Source of the DNA: Flavobacteriales bacterium
Lineage (GTDB): Bacteria; Bacteroidota; Bacteroidia; Flavobacteriales_G; Salibacteraceae
Direction of reading: 5' to 3'
Length of the DNA: 64,000 nt
Assembly (NCBI GenBank): GCA_020435995.1
Contig: JAGQYO010000006.1
Coordinates: 2,105-66,104, forward strand
A model generated the notes under the pieces. It did no database searches and was not told the DNA's origin. It saw only the letters and a program-made list of their open reading frames with translations. This document shows positions 56,225 through 64,000 of the stretch, one piece after another. Positions within the stretch are counted from its first letter, which is position 1. Every line of letters starts with the position of its first letter. The position numbers and the translations under genes are program-made.

Positions 56225-56767
56225 ATGGGCCGATTGCTTGTTATATTGTTTTTTTCTACGCTTCATTTCTCAGGAGCGCTTTACTCTCAGGATGTTGAAT
56301 CAGAAGAAGCCTTAGAGGAACCTAGTAACTTGAACGTTTTGGTAAACGCCCAAGTGGTGAAGGAATCAAAGGCATTTCAAAATGTGGATGTGGTGCTGTC
56401 GGTAGACGGTAAAACCATCAAGCAACAAAAAACAAATGCTGATGGATTTTTTGAACTTATACTCGAGTTCGATTCGCTATACCTTATTTCATTTAATAAA
56501 GAGGGATATATACCCAAATCTGTAGAGGTTGATACCCGCAACATTTTGGAAGAAGATAAGGAAATGGGCTACGATGTGGGCATGTTTAAAGTAAGCATGA
56601 GTAAAATTGTTCCTGGTGTATTGATTGGCCCGTATAAAAAACCCATGGCTAGATTTATTTATGACCCTCGCACTCAGAATTTTGTAGTGGATAAGGAGTA
56701 TAAAAAAGAACGAAAAGCCGATTTCCAGCGCCTAAAGCAAAAAGAACTAGAACCCATTAAGTTTTAA
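56225..56767 (+). CDS. Secreted protein consisting only of the shared N-module of the paralog trio
   Basis: Signal peptide MGRLLVILFFSTLHFSGALYSQ. Then a beta-sandwich-like module, NVDVVLSVDGKTIKQQKTNADGFFELILEFDSLYLISFNKEGYIPKSVEVDT...PMARFIYDPRTQNFVVDKEY. The ORF track starts at 56183. Confidence 0.6.
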   Translation: MGRLLVILFFSTLHFSGALYSQDVESEEALEEPSNLNVLVNAQVVKESKAFQNVDVVLSVDGKTIKQQKTNADGFFELILEFDSLYLISFNKEGYIPKSVEVDTRNILEEDKEMGYDVGMFKVSMSKIVPGVLIGPYKKPMARFIYDPRTQNFVVDKEYKKERKADFQRLKQKELEPIKF

Positions 56768-56775
56768 AGAAAAGA

Positions 56776-57999
56776 ATGAAAAAAATAATTGGATGGTGTA
56801 TAATCCTATGCCTTTTTATAGGTATAAATGATGGGGTTGCTCAGAACAAAAAGGACAAAAAGAAGTCTCCTATCGCCAAAAGGTTGTGGGGTGGATATGA
56901 CAGCAATGCCATCGAAAAAAACCTTGAGATTAAGGACGCCTTTGTAACCGAAGGAGAGGAAATGCTCGAAGGGGTTTATGTAAATGTTTATATCAACAAT
57001 AACAAGATCGACTCTGCCATTACGGATAAGTCTGGGGGATTTAGTTTCAATTTAAAGTTTGATTACAAGTATCAAATTAAGTTTAGTAAAAATGGTTTTG
57101 TGACCAAGTTTATAGAGATTGACCTCCAAAATATGCCTCCTCAGGCCAAAAAGGAAGGCTACGATCTCGGTAGGTTTCAATTGGGTATGCTGCGCAAAGT
57201 TGAAAACATGGACACGGGAGAATTTAGTGTGCCTGTGGCTCGGTATTATTACGATGAGGTGAGTACTTTAATTCAGCTTGATCGGGTATTCCTAAAATCA
57301 AGAAAAGCTGCTATAGCCAAACAAAAGGAGCAAAATGCGGCACTCTTGGCTCAGCAGAACCAAATAGATGTTGAAAAGGACGCCGAGTATAATCGCCTTA
57401 TTCGAGATGCAGATATTGAATTAGCTGCGAAAGATTATGAGCTGGCAAAGTCTTATTATAAGGAAGCCATTAAATTAAAAACCTTGGAAGAATATCCCAG
57501 GGCTCAACTTACCAAAATTGATGGACTAGAAAAAGATGAGCTAGGGGAGAGTGAAAAGTATAGAGACCTTATAAAACAAGGGGATGAAGCCTTTGATGCA
57601 GAAGACTATGAGTCAGCTAAAATTGCCTACACGTCGGCAATGAAGATTAATTCGCTTGAGGCTTACCCCAGAGAAAGAATTAAAAAAATAGAATTGCTTG
57701 AAAAGGAGCAAAAAATTAAGAAACCTGAAGTAAAGGAAAAGACAGAATACTCGTTGAGTGCGGTTCAAATCAGTGCAGATAAGTCGGCTTTTTGCGCTGA
57801 GCTAGCGCGAAAATACCCACAAGGTCTTACTGAAGAGATTTATCAGGATGGAAGCAAAACCGTTACTAGAAGAATTATTGTTGATGGTCAAATTGGTGTA
57901 GAGTATAAGAAGATTGTTCATAATTGGGGAGGTGTTTATTATTTTAAAAATGGGTCGCCAGCCACCAATTTTGTTTGGCAAAAAGAAGCAATTCAATAA
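56776..57999 (+). CDS. Secreted protein: shared N-module, two helical TPR-like repeats, shared C-module
   Basis: 407 aa. The N-module is GVYVNVYINNNKIDSAITDKSGGFSFNLKFDYKYQIKFSKNGFVTKFIEIDL...PVARYYYDEVSTLIQLDRVF. Two roughly 49-aa repeats each end in [EA]YPR (57379-57710). The C-module is ARKYPQGLTEE...VEYKKIVHNWGGVYYFKNGSP. Confidence 0.65.
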   Translation: MKKIIGWCIILCLFIGINDGVAQNKKDKKKSPIAKRLWGGYDSNAIEKNLEIKDAFVTEGEEMLEGVYVNVYINNNKIDSAITDKSGGFSFNLKFDYKYQIKFSKNGFVTKFIEIDLQNMPPQAKKEGYDLGRFQLGMLRKVENMDTGEFSVPVARYYYDEVSTLIQLDRVFLKSRKAAIAKQKEQNAALLAQQNQIDVEKDAEYNRLIRDADIELAAKDYELAKSYYKEAIKLKTLEEYPRAQLTKIDGLEKDELGESEKYRDLIKQGDEAFDAEDYESAKIAYTSAMKINSLEAYPRERIKKIELLEKEQKIKKPEVKEKTEYSLSAVQISADKSAFCAELARKYPQGLTEEIYQDGSKTVTRRIIVDGQIGVEYKKIVHNWGGVYYFKNGSPATNFVWQKEAIQ

Positions 58000-58008
58000 A
58001 CTAAATAT

Positions 58009-59919
58009 TTGATTGGTAAAAGCCTAAATATCCTACTTGTTGCCCTTTTGGTTTGTAATAGTCAATTACAAGCACAGGAAGGAAAACCATCGCCTGATCC
58101 CGGATTAAAACTAGGTGTTGATATTAAATATCGAGGGGGGGCATACCATGGAGGCAAGGTTTTCATCTCCAAAAATGGGTCGCCTTTTGATGTCGTAGCA
58201 CTTTCTAGTTCATCAGAATTCAGCTATTTATTTGAATATGGAGCACGCTATTTGGCCGAGTTTACCGGAGAAGGCCTAGCTTCCAAAACACTTGAAATTG
58301 ATTTAAAAAGCGTGCCTGAACACGAATTAAAAACCCAACACGATTGGCGAATAGGGGAGCTGTCATTGTTTAAGGCTCACAAGGAAATGAATTTAGCACC
58401 GTTATCTGAACCCGTTGGGCGTATTCATTACTCCGACCTGGATCAAAATTTTGCAATTGATTATAAGTACGCGGCGTCACGGCGATTTGAACTGGAGAAA
58501 TTGGAAAACCACGCCCAGGAATTGGATAAAGCTGAAAAAGTAGAATTAAAATCAAAAGAGAAAGAGTTTGATTCAGTAATGAAAGAAGCTAAAAATCTTT
58601 ATGCTCAAAAGAACTACGAATTGGCTTTGTCTAAGTATGTTGCAGCTTCTGCCATGCTTCCGGATAGAACTGAACCCAAGGAGGGAATCACAGAAATCAA
58701 CAGTATTTTACAAGAGGAGAAAAAATATAATGATGTAGTGCTTGCTGCGGATGCCTTGTTTAATAAGCAAGAATGGGTGGCTGCAAGAGATAAATATGTG
58801 CTTGCAACAGGTATGAAACCAACAGCGTCCTATCCAAAAACGCAGTTGAGCAAAATTGCACAAGTGGTGCAGCAAGAGGAAGAAAAGTCCAATACGTTCA
58901 ATAACTATTTGGCTATGGCCGAAAAGGCCTATTCAGAGGGTAATTACGCCGTGGCATCTGAGAATTATACCAAGGCCTTGGGGATTAATCCGGATGCCGC
59001 TATGGCCAAGAAAAAGCTGCAACAAGCAAAAGAGAAACAAGCTGTGAAGGAAAAAACTGAGCAGAACCAAAATGAATTTAATGCACTTTTAGCAAAAGCC
59101 AAGGATGCTCGTATGAGAGGTGATTTAGAAGGTGCAAGTGTTTTAATAGCCTTAGCCGAACAAAAGATTCCTGGGAATCAAGAACTTGCTGTGGAGAAGG
59201 AAGTTCTTATGAAAAAGAAGGCAGATGCCAACGAGCGGCTTATGGCTGAAAAGAAAGCAAAGGATGACAACGACCGCTTTCAAGAATTGATTGACCAAAG
59301 TAAAAACGCAACGGACCGAAAAAATTATTCTTTGGCTTTGTCGCTTCTAGACCAAGCTAACCTCATTAAGCCCGATGATCCTATTGTATTGAAGGAAAGG
59401 AACTTTATTAATGAGTCTGTGGCAGATGAAAAGCAGAGGGAGTTGCTCGCCATTCAAGAATTGGAAGCGAAAAAGGAGAGGGAAGAAGAAGCTAGTAGAG
59501 CTATGGTTCGCGCAAAAGAGGCAGAGGAAAAAGGGGATATGAAAAACGCTGTCTTTTTGTACAAAAAGGCCTATGAGTTAAACCCCGCTGTGAGTGCATC
59601 TAAAGAGAGGGCCATTGAGCTGGAAAAACTAATGGTTGAATCTGCCGCTGCAACAAATTCTGAGAAATCTGATGACAACGAATTAGATAAAATGGACAAG
59701 AAAAGCGATGCGTTTGTGACGGCATTGGCTAAAAAATATCCCGAAGGAATAACGGAAGAAAAATTTAAAGAAGGCAACAAGGAAATAACCAAGAGGTATA
59801 AGGTGGAAAACGGACGTGGTACAGAATATATGGTGGTTCGGCATTCATGGGGAGGGGTTTTTTACTTTAAGAATGGAGAACCAATTACTCAAAATATTTA
59901 CGAGTTAGAAACAAAATAA
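58009..59919 (+). CDS. Secreted protein: shared N-module, about six helical TPR-like repeats, shared C-module
   Basis: 636 aa with a TTG start. The N-module is GGKVFISKNGSPFDVVALSSSSEFSYLFEYGARYLAEFTGEGLASKTLEIDL...PVGRIHYSDLDQNFAIDYKY. Repeats span about 58564-59640. The C-module is AKKYPEGITEE...TEYMVVRHSWGGVFYFKNGEP. Confidence 0.65.
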   Translation: MIGKSLNILLVALLVCNSQLQAQEGKPSPDPGLKLGVDIKYRGGAYHGGKVFISKNGSPFDVVALSSSSEFSYLFEYGARYLAEFTGEGLASKTLEIDLKSVPEHELKTQHDWRIGELSLFKAHKEMNLAPLSEPVGRIHYSDLDQNFAIDYKYAASRRFELEKLENHAQELDKAEKVELKSKEKEFDSVMKEAKNLYAQKNYELALSKYVAASAMLPDRTEPKEGITEINSILQEEKKYNDVVLAADALFNKQEWVAARDKYVLATGMKPTASYPKTQLSKIAQVVQQEEEKSNTFNNYLAMAEKAYSEGNYAVASENYTKALGINPDAAMAKKKLQQAKEKQAVKEKTEQNQNEFNALLAKAKDARMRGDLEGASVLIALAEQKIPGNQELAVEKEVLMKKKADANERLMAEKKAKDDNDRFQELIDQSKNATDRKNYSLALSLLDQANLIKPDDPIVLKERNFINESVADEKQRELLAIQELEAKKEREEEASRAMVRAKEAEEKGDMKNAVFLYKKAYELNPAVSASKERAIELEKLMVESAAATNSEKSDDNELDKMDKKSDAFVTALAKKYPEGITEEKFKEGNKEITKRYKVENGRGTEYMVVRHSWGGVFYFKNGEPITQNIYELETK

Positions 59920-59945
59920 AAAAGGCCGCATTTGCGGCCTTTTTT
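59918..59945. terminator. Bidirectional rho-independent terminator
   Basis: aaaaaa ggccgc attt gcggcc tttttt: a perfect 6-bp GC stem flanked by A and T tracts, between convergent genes. Confidence 0.85.
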
Positions 59946-59964
59946 GAGTAAAATATATGCTGAG

Positions 59965-60507
59965 TTAAGCCTTTACTGTGCTCAATACTTTTGTGCTAAC
60001 TAAATGGAAAGAACCAAATAAAACTCCACTAAATAGCAAGGTACTTACCAGCGTGTTTCCAAAGAACGGCAAAGCAGCTACATAACAGGCCAAAAGTCCA
60101 GCCATATCAGTAGGATATAATATCCCGCTCATCCAATAACCAAAATTTGTCAAAAGGAAAAACGCAACTGAGCCTATAACTCCACTACCAACTACTTGTT
60201 TTACCGAGTTACTTTTCATCCTAGAACCAATTAGTACTAAAATGCCGAATGAAGCATAAACCCATAACATGCCTGGGTAATAAAAAGAAAACTCACCAGA
60301 ATAATATAGCGTGTTGTTTAAAATTAAATCGGAAACAACTAATGCACCGAAAGTCAAAAAATATCTCAATTTATTTGAGTTGAGTACAGCCCCTCCAAAT
60401 ATAGCCATAGCACCAAGTGCAGTAAAATTTGGGGGATGTGGTAATAAACGTGATCCTGCCGCCACTCCAATTAAGGCAAGAATTAAAAGTAGTTTCTTAT
60501 TCTTCAT
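59965..60507 (-). CDS. Small polytopic membrane protein (DUF6580-like putative transporter)
   Basis: 180 aa with 5-6 TM helices. The N-terminal GSRLLPHPPNFTALGAMAIFGG block matches my recollection of the DUF6580 family. Unverified. Confidence 0.55.
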   Translation of the reverse strand: MKNKKLLLILALIGVAAGSRLLPHPPNFTALGAMAIFGGAVLNSNKLRYFLTFGALVVSDLILNNTLYYSGEFSFYYPGMLWVYASFGILVLIGSRMKSNSVKQVVGSGVIGSVAFFLLTNFGYWMSGILYPTDMAGLLACYVAALPFFGNTLVSTLLFSGVLFGSFHLVSTKVLSTVKA

Positions 60508-60529
60508 AATTATTGTATCATGTTCGTGG

Positions 60530-60537
60530 CAAATCTA
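60530..60537 (-). promoter_or_regulatory. Candidate -7 promoter box (TAGATTTG)
   Basis: The reverse complement of caaatcta is TAGATTTG, 22 nt upstream of the ATG at 60507. Confidence 0.4.
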
Positions 60538-60732
60538 AGTATTAATGAAGCAATTTCGGAGCCTTATTATTAATCCTAATTAACATTAATGGTTAGCATA
60601 ACGGAAGAACGAAATGTAAATTCGCAGACCTTGGTCAAAAAAGCCTGAATTAATTATAATTTTAGCTTTCTGAATGATTATAAAGTTTTACTTTTAGTCA
60701 GGGAAATTCTCAAAATTCTATCAAAAAAATAG

Positions 60733-62925
60733 ATGGATCTTAAAAGCGCATTAAAAAAATATTTCGGCTTCAATTCTTTTAAAGGGGAGCAGGAAGCAAT
60801 CATCCAAAGTGTATTGGATGGTAAGGATACATTCGTGATTATGCCGACAGGCGGGGGCAAATCTCTCTGCTATCAATTGCCGGCACTTTTATTAGAAGGT
60901 ACGGCTATCATTATATCGCCGCTCATCGCGTTGATGAAAAATCAGGTAGACAGTATTCGGGGTTATTCAGAGCAAGATCACGTAGCTCATTTTTTAAATA
61001 GTTCGCTCAATAAAGCTGAACAAGAAAGGGTTAAAAGTGATCTTTCTGCCGCAAAGACAAAACTGCTTTATGTAGCGCCGGAAACTTTAACAAAGGAAGA
61101 AACTATAGCTTTTTTTAAGGCTATCAAAATTTCTTTTGTTGCAGTGGATGAAGCACACTGTATATCGGAGTGGGGTCACGACTTTAGACCAGAATATCGC
61201 CGCATCAAGCAAATGATTAAAGGAATAGATTCTGAGATTCCTATCATGGCTTTAACGGCTACGGCTACGCCAAAAGTTCAAGGTGATATTCAGAAGAATT
61301 TAGGTATGAACGACGCCGATGTTTACAAGGCATCTTTTAACCGCCCGAATTTGTTTTATGAAGTTCGCCCCAAAGTTGATCCCATTAAGCAACTCATTCG
61401 ATTTATAAAGGAACGTGAGGGCAAGTCAGGAATAATTTATTGCCTTAGTCGTAAAAAAGTTGAGGAAATTGCCGAAACCTTGGTGGTTAACGGAATTAAA
61501 GCCTTGCCTTATCATGCTGGCTTTGACGCTGCTACAAGAGCCAGAAACCAAGATATGTTTCTGAATGAGGATGTGGATGTAATTGTAGCAACAATTGCCT
61601 TTGGTATGGGCATAGATAAACCAGATGTTAGGTTTGTCATTCACAACGACATGCCAAAAAGTTTGGAGGGATATTACCAAGAAACAGGCAGAGGGGGAAG
61701 AGATGGAGGTGAAGGCCACTGTTTGGCTTTCTATGATTACAAGGATATAGAAAAGCTCGAGAAGTTTATGCAGGGAAAACCTGTCGCCGAGCAAGAAGTT
61801 GGTCGACAACTGCTAGAAGAAGTTGTGGCGTATGCTGAAACCGCCGTATCGAGAAGGAAATTTTTACTCCACTATTTTGGGGAAGAATTTGACGAAGAAA
61901 ATGGTGACGGTGCCAAAATGGATGACAATGCGATCAACCCTCGCCCTAGGGAAGAAGGGATGAATGACGTATTGTTGGTATTAAAGATGGTTGACGAAAT
62001 CAAGCAAACAGCCAAGGCCAAGTACCTCATTAAAATTCTTCTTGGCAAAAAAGATTCGGAAGTTCAATCTTATAACCATCACAACCTTTCGGGGTTTGGT
62101 AAAGGAAAGGCCAAATCCGACAAGTATTGGATGGCAGTTATCCGTCAAGTTACTGTTTCTAAATTGCTCCGCAAAGACATTGAGTCATACGGGGTGCTGA
62201 AACTTACAGATGAGGGACACGCGTTTATTGAGAATCCAAGGTCGTTTATCATTGTTCTTGATCACGATTATGAGGCTAGGGCAGAGGATGATTCTATTAT
62301 ATTGAACGCCAAGGCATCGGGCGGTGTAGCCGATGAAACACTTTATAAGCTCCTCAAAGAGCTCACTAGAGAAATTGCCAAAGAAAAAGGTGTACCACCG
62401 TTTGCAGTTTTTCAGGAACCTTCGTTGATGGATATGGCACTGCAATATCCGATTACAATTGAAGAACTTACCAATATTCAAGGGGTTGGACACGGAAAGG
62501 CCTCTAAATATGGTGAGCATATTGTTGCCCTCATCGCCGAATATGTAGAAGAAAATGAAATTGAACGGCCTCAAGATATTGTGGTCAAATCGGTGGTTAA
62601 TAAATCTGGGACCAAGGTTTATATCATTCAGAGTATTGACCGCAAAAGACCTTTGGCAGATATAGCTCGGGCTAAAGGCTTGACGATGGAAGATGTATTG
62701 TCTGAGATTGAGGGAATTGTGGATTCTGGCACTCGTGTAAACTTAGATTACTACATCAATGAAAATATTGATGAAGACAAACAAGATGAATTGTTCGATT
62801 ATTTTCAAGAGGATTCAGAGACTGGCTCAATTGAAGAGGCACTCAAAGAATTTGAAGGTGATGATTACACCGAAGAAGAAATTCGATTAATGAGGATTAA
62901 GTTTATGTCTGAAATGGCCAACTAG
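60733..62925 (+). CDS. recQ: ATP-dependent DNA helicase RecQ
   Basis: 730 aa. Motif I PTGGGKSLCYQLPA, DEAH box VAVDEAHCISEWGHDFRPEY, an RQC region, an HRDC domain (LYKLLKELTREIAKEKGVPPFAVFQEPSLMDMA...GVGHGKASKYG), and a Bacteroidota-type acidic C-terminal extension. Confidence 0.95.
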   Translation: MDLKSALKKYFGFNSFKGEQEAIIQSVLDGKDTFVIMPTGGGKSLCYQLPALLLEGTAIIISPLIALMKNQVDSIRGYSEQDHVAHFLNSSLNKAEQERVKSDLSAAKTKLLYVAPETLTKEETIAFFKAIKISFVAVDEAHCISEWGHDFRPEYRRIKQMIKGIDSEIPIMALTATATPKVQGDIQKNLGMNDADVYKASFNRPNLFYEVRPKVDPIKQLIRFIKEREGKSGIIYCLSRKKVEEIAETLVVNGIKALPYHAGFDAATRARNQDMFLNEDVDVIVATIAFGMGIDKPDVRFVIHNDMPKSLEGYYQETGRGGRDGGEGHCLAFYDYKDIEKLEKFMQGKPVAEQEVGRQLLEEVVAYAETAVSRRKFLLHYFGEEFDEENGDGAKMDDNAINPRPREEGMNDVLLVLKMVDEIKQTAKAKYLIKILLGKKDSEVQSYNHHNLSGFGKGKAKSDKYWMAVIRQVTVSKLLRKDIESYGVLKLTDEGHAFIENPRSFIIVLDHDYEARAEDDSIILNAKASGGVADETLYKLLKELTREIAKEKGVPPFAVFQEPSLMDMALQYPITIEELTNIQGVGHGKASKYGEHIVALIAEYVEENEIERPQDIVVKSVVNKSGTKVYIIQSIDRKRPLADIARAKGLTMEDVLSEIEGIVDSGTRVNLDYYINENIDEDKQDELFDYFQEDSETGSIEEALKEFEGDDYTEEEIRLMRIKFMSEMAN

Positions 62926-62935
62926 TATTCTTCTA

Positions 62936-63733
62936 GTGGGTTCGTCCAATTACTTAGAAAAAAATAGAGATTCTTGGAATCGAAAAGTCGATCTCCATGT
63001 GTCTTCTGATTTTTATAAAATGCCTGAATTTTTATCAGGTCAGACATCCTTAAACTCAATTGAACTTAACTTGCTCGGTGATATCAAAGGAAAAAGCATT
63101 CTCCATCTTCAATGTCACTTTGGGCAGGATACGTTGAGTTTGGCCAGAATGGGCGCTATTTGCACAGGGATCGATTTTTCTGAAGACGCTATTTCTAAGG
63201 CCAAGGAGATCAACCATAAATTGAGATTAAATGCAACCTTTATTTGCTCAGATGTGTACGCTACGCGAGATGTTTTGAATGAACAATTTGATGTGGTTTT
63301 CACCTCTTATGGGACCATTGGTTGGCTTCCAGATTGTAACTTATGGGCAAAAGTAATTTCGGAATCATTAAAACCAGGTGGGCGGTTTATCATGGCCGAT
63401 TTCCATCCGTTAGTTTGGATGATGGACGAAGATTTTAAGTTTTTTAAATATGGATATTTCAACAGAGGTGCCATCGAAACGGAATACTCAGGAACCTACG
63501 CCAACCAAGATTCGGAGCGAATTTTTAAAGAAACATCTTGGAACCATTCGCTTTCAGATTTGACCATGTCCTTGATCCGACATGGTTTGAAACTCAACCA
63601 ATTTCAAGAATTTGATTATTCGCCTTATCCATGTTTTAAGCATCTATTGGAAGTAGAACCTGGTAAATTTCAAATTAAAGGCCTGGAGCAAAAAATACCC
63701 ATGGTATATGCTTTTGAGCTCATAAAAGAATAA
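62936..63733 (+). CDS. Class I SAM-dependent methyltransferase
   Basis: 265 aa with a GTG start. Motif I-like ILHLQCHFGQDTLSLA, DVVFTSYG and LKPGGRFIMADFHP. Confidence 0.65.
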   Translation: MGSSNYLEKNRDSWNRKVDLHVSSDFYKMPEFLSGQTSLNSIELNLLGDIKGKSILHLQCHFGQDTLSLARMGAICTGIDFSEDAISKAKEINHKLRLNATFICSDVYATRDVLNEQFDVVFTSYGTIGWLPDCNLWAKVISESLKPGGRFIMADFHPLVWMMDEDFKFFKYGYFNRGAIETEYSGTYANQDSERIFKETSWNHSLSDLTMSLIRHGLKLNQFQEFDYSPYPCFKHLLEVEPGKFQIKGLEQKIPMVYAFELIKE

Positions 63734-63784
63734 TTTTCACTATCTATACTTTTTTTATAAGTAGGCCGTTACCTTTCTTTCTTT

Positions 63785-64000
63785 ATGACGTTCAGGGCAT
63801 TTAATCGAATTTATGGTGCGGGGATTATCTTTTTAATCACTTCTTTCTTTTGGACTGTTTTTCTTTTTTATATTGATGAGGGGCGTTACTCACTTCAGGA
63901 TATCAGTACCCTTCAAAATCTTGTTGCCTTATCCATTTATTATGTAGGTTCTTTTATTGGCCAAATGATTCTGTTTTATACCTTCACCCAAAGATGGAGT
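63785..64000 (+). CDS. Hypothetical membrane protein, partial (continues beyond window end)
   Basis: The frame from ATG 63785 stays open to the window end: MTFRAFNRIYGAGIIFLITSFFWTVFLFYIDEG...SIYYVGSFIGQMILFY. It contains two hydrophobic helices. Absent from the ORF track because it is unterminated. Confidence 0.3.
   Translation, partial: MTFRAFNRIYGAGIIFLITSFFWTVFLFYIDEGRYSLQDISTLQNLVALSIYYVGSFIGQMILFYTFTQRWS

Noticed and set aside
50717-59919. A single seven-gene B12-regulated operon running from the riboswitch to the terminator at 59918
   Set aside because: There is no terminator between 56146 and 56183. However, the consensus -7 box at 56212, 5 nt before the trio's first ATG, argues for an independent transcription unit. 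I kept this only as a possible read-through scenario.
60508-60732. A possible second cobalamin (or other) riboswitch upstream of the DUF6580-like gene
   Set aside because: I read the minus strand of this 225-nt region. No AAGGGAA / GTGAAATTC / CCCGC..CTGTA cores or B12 box are present, only a GCCAC pentamer.
1-64000. A search by eye for CRISPR arrays, tRNA/rRNA genes, transposases, integrases, phage genes, toxin-antitoxin or classical defence genes
   Set aside because: None found. Intergenic regions are all shorter than 335 nt. The only non-coding structured element is the riboswitch. The YwqK-like MORN protein has no adjacent toxin gene.

Overview
The window reads as a densely packed chromosomal segment from a Bacteroidota genome, probably Flavobacteriia-like. 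The evidence for that placement is T9SS type A and type B C-terminal sorting domains, a PorP/SprF gene, TAnnTTTG -7 promoter boxes and no Shine-Dalgarno sequences. I support about 57 protein-coding genes. I found no rRNA, tRNA, CRISPR array, transposase, integrase or phage genes. Confident housekeeping calls are guaB, mutL, recQ, bshA, a lolD-like ATPase, MoxR, SurA/PpiC-type isomerases, a Nudix hydrolase, two rhomboids, an S8 protease, an M23/LysM peptidase, a di-haem cytochrome c peroxidase and a fused E1 alpha/beta dehydrogenase. Five regions deserve a second look. (1) A cobalamin riboswitch at about 50480-50656 heads a four-gene, translationally coupled uptake operon: a DUF4465-like protein, an unknown protein, a BtuB-like TonB receptor and a beta-propeller lipoprotein. 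Two of its accessory proteins carry T9SS sorting domains rather than lipoprotein signals. (2) Directly downstream (56225-59919) lies a three-gene cluster of graded paralogs. They share an N-terminal beta-sandwich module, 0, 2 or 6 copies of a roughly 49-aa helical repeat, and a novel C-terminal module with the motif H-x-W-G-G-V-[YF]-Y-F-K-N-G. (3) An ECF sigma factor is translationally coupled to a protein that joins an anti-sigma-like N-terminus, a transmembrane helix built from a 9-nt (GLV)n tandem repeat, and a C-terminal outer-membrane beta-barrel. Two paralogous T9SS cargo genes sit just upstream. (4) A 1844-aa protein with 20 PKD domains contains an exact 510-nt higher-order repeat and is paired with PorP/SprF. 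(5) Exact TAnnTTTG boxes sit only 4-8 nt before the start codon of seven genes, which implies leaderless or near-leaderless mRNAs and corrects several ORF-track starts. All family names come from motif recognition by eye. No database search was run.
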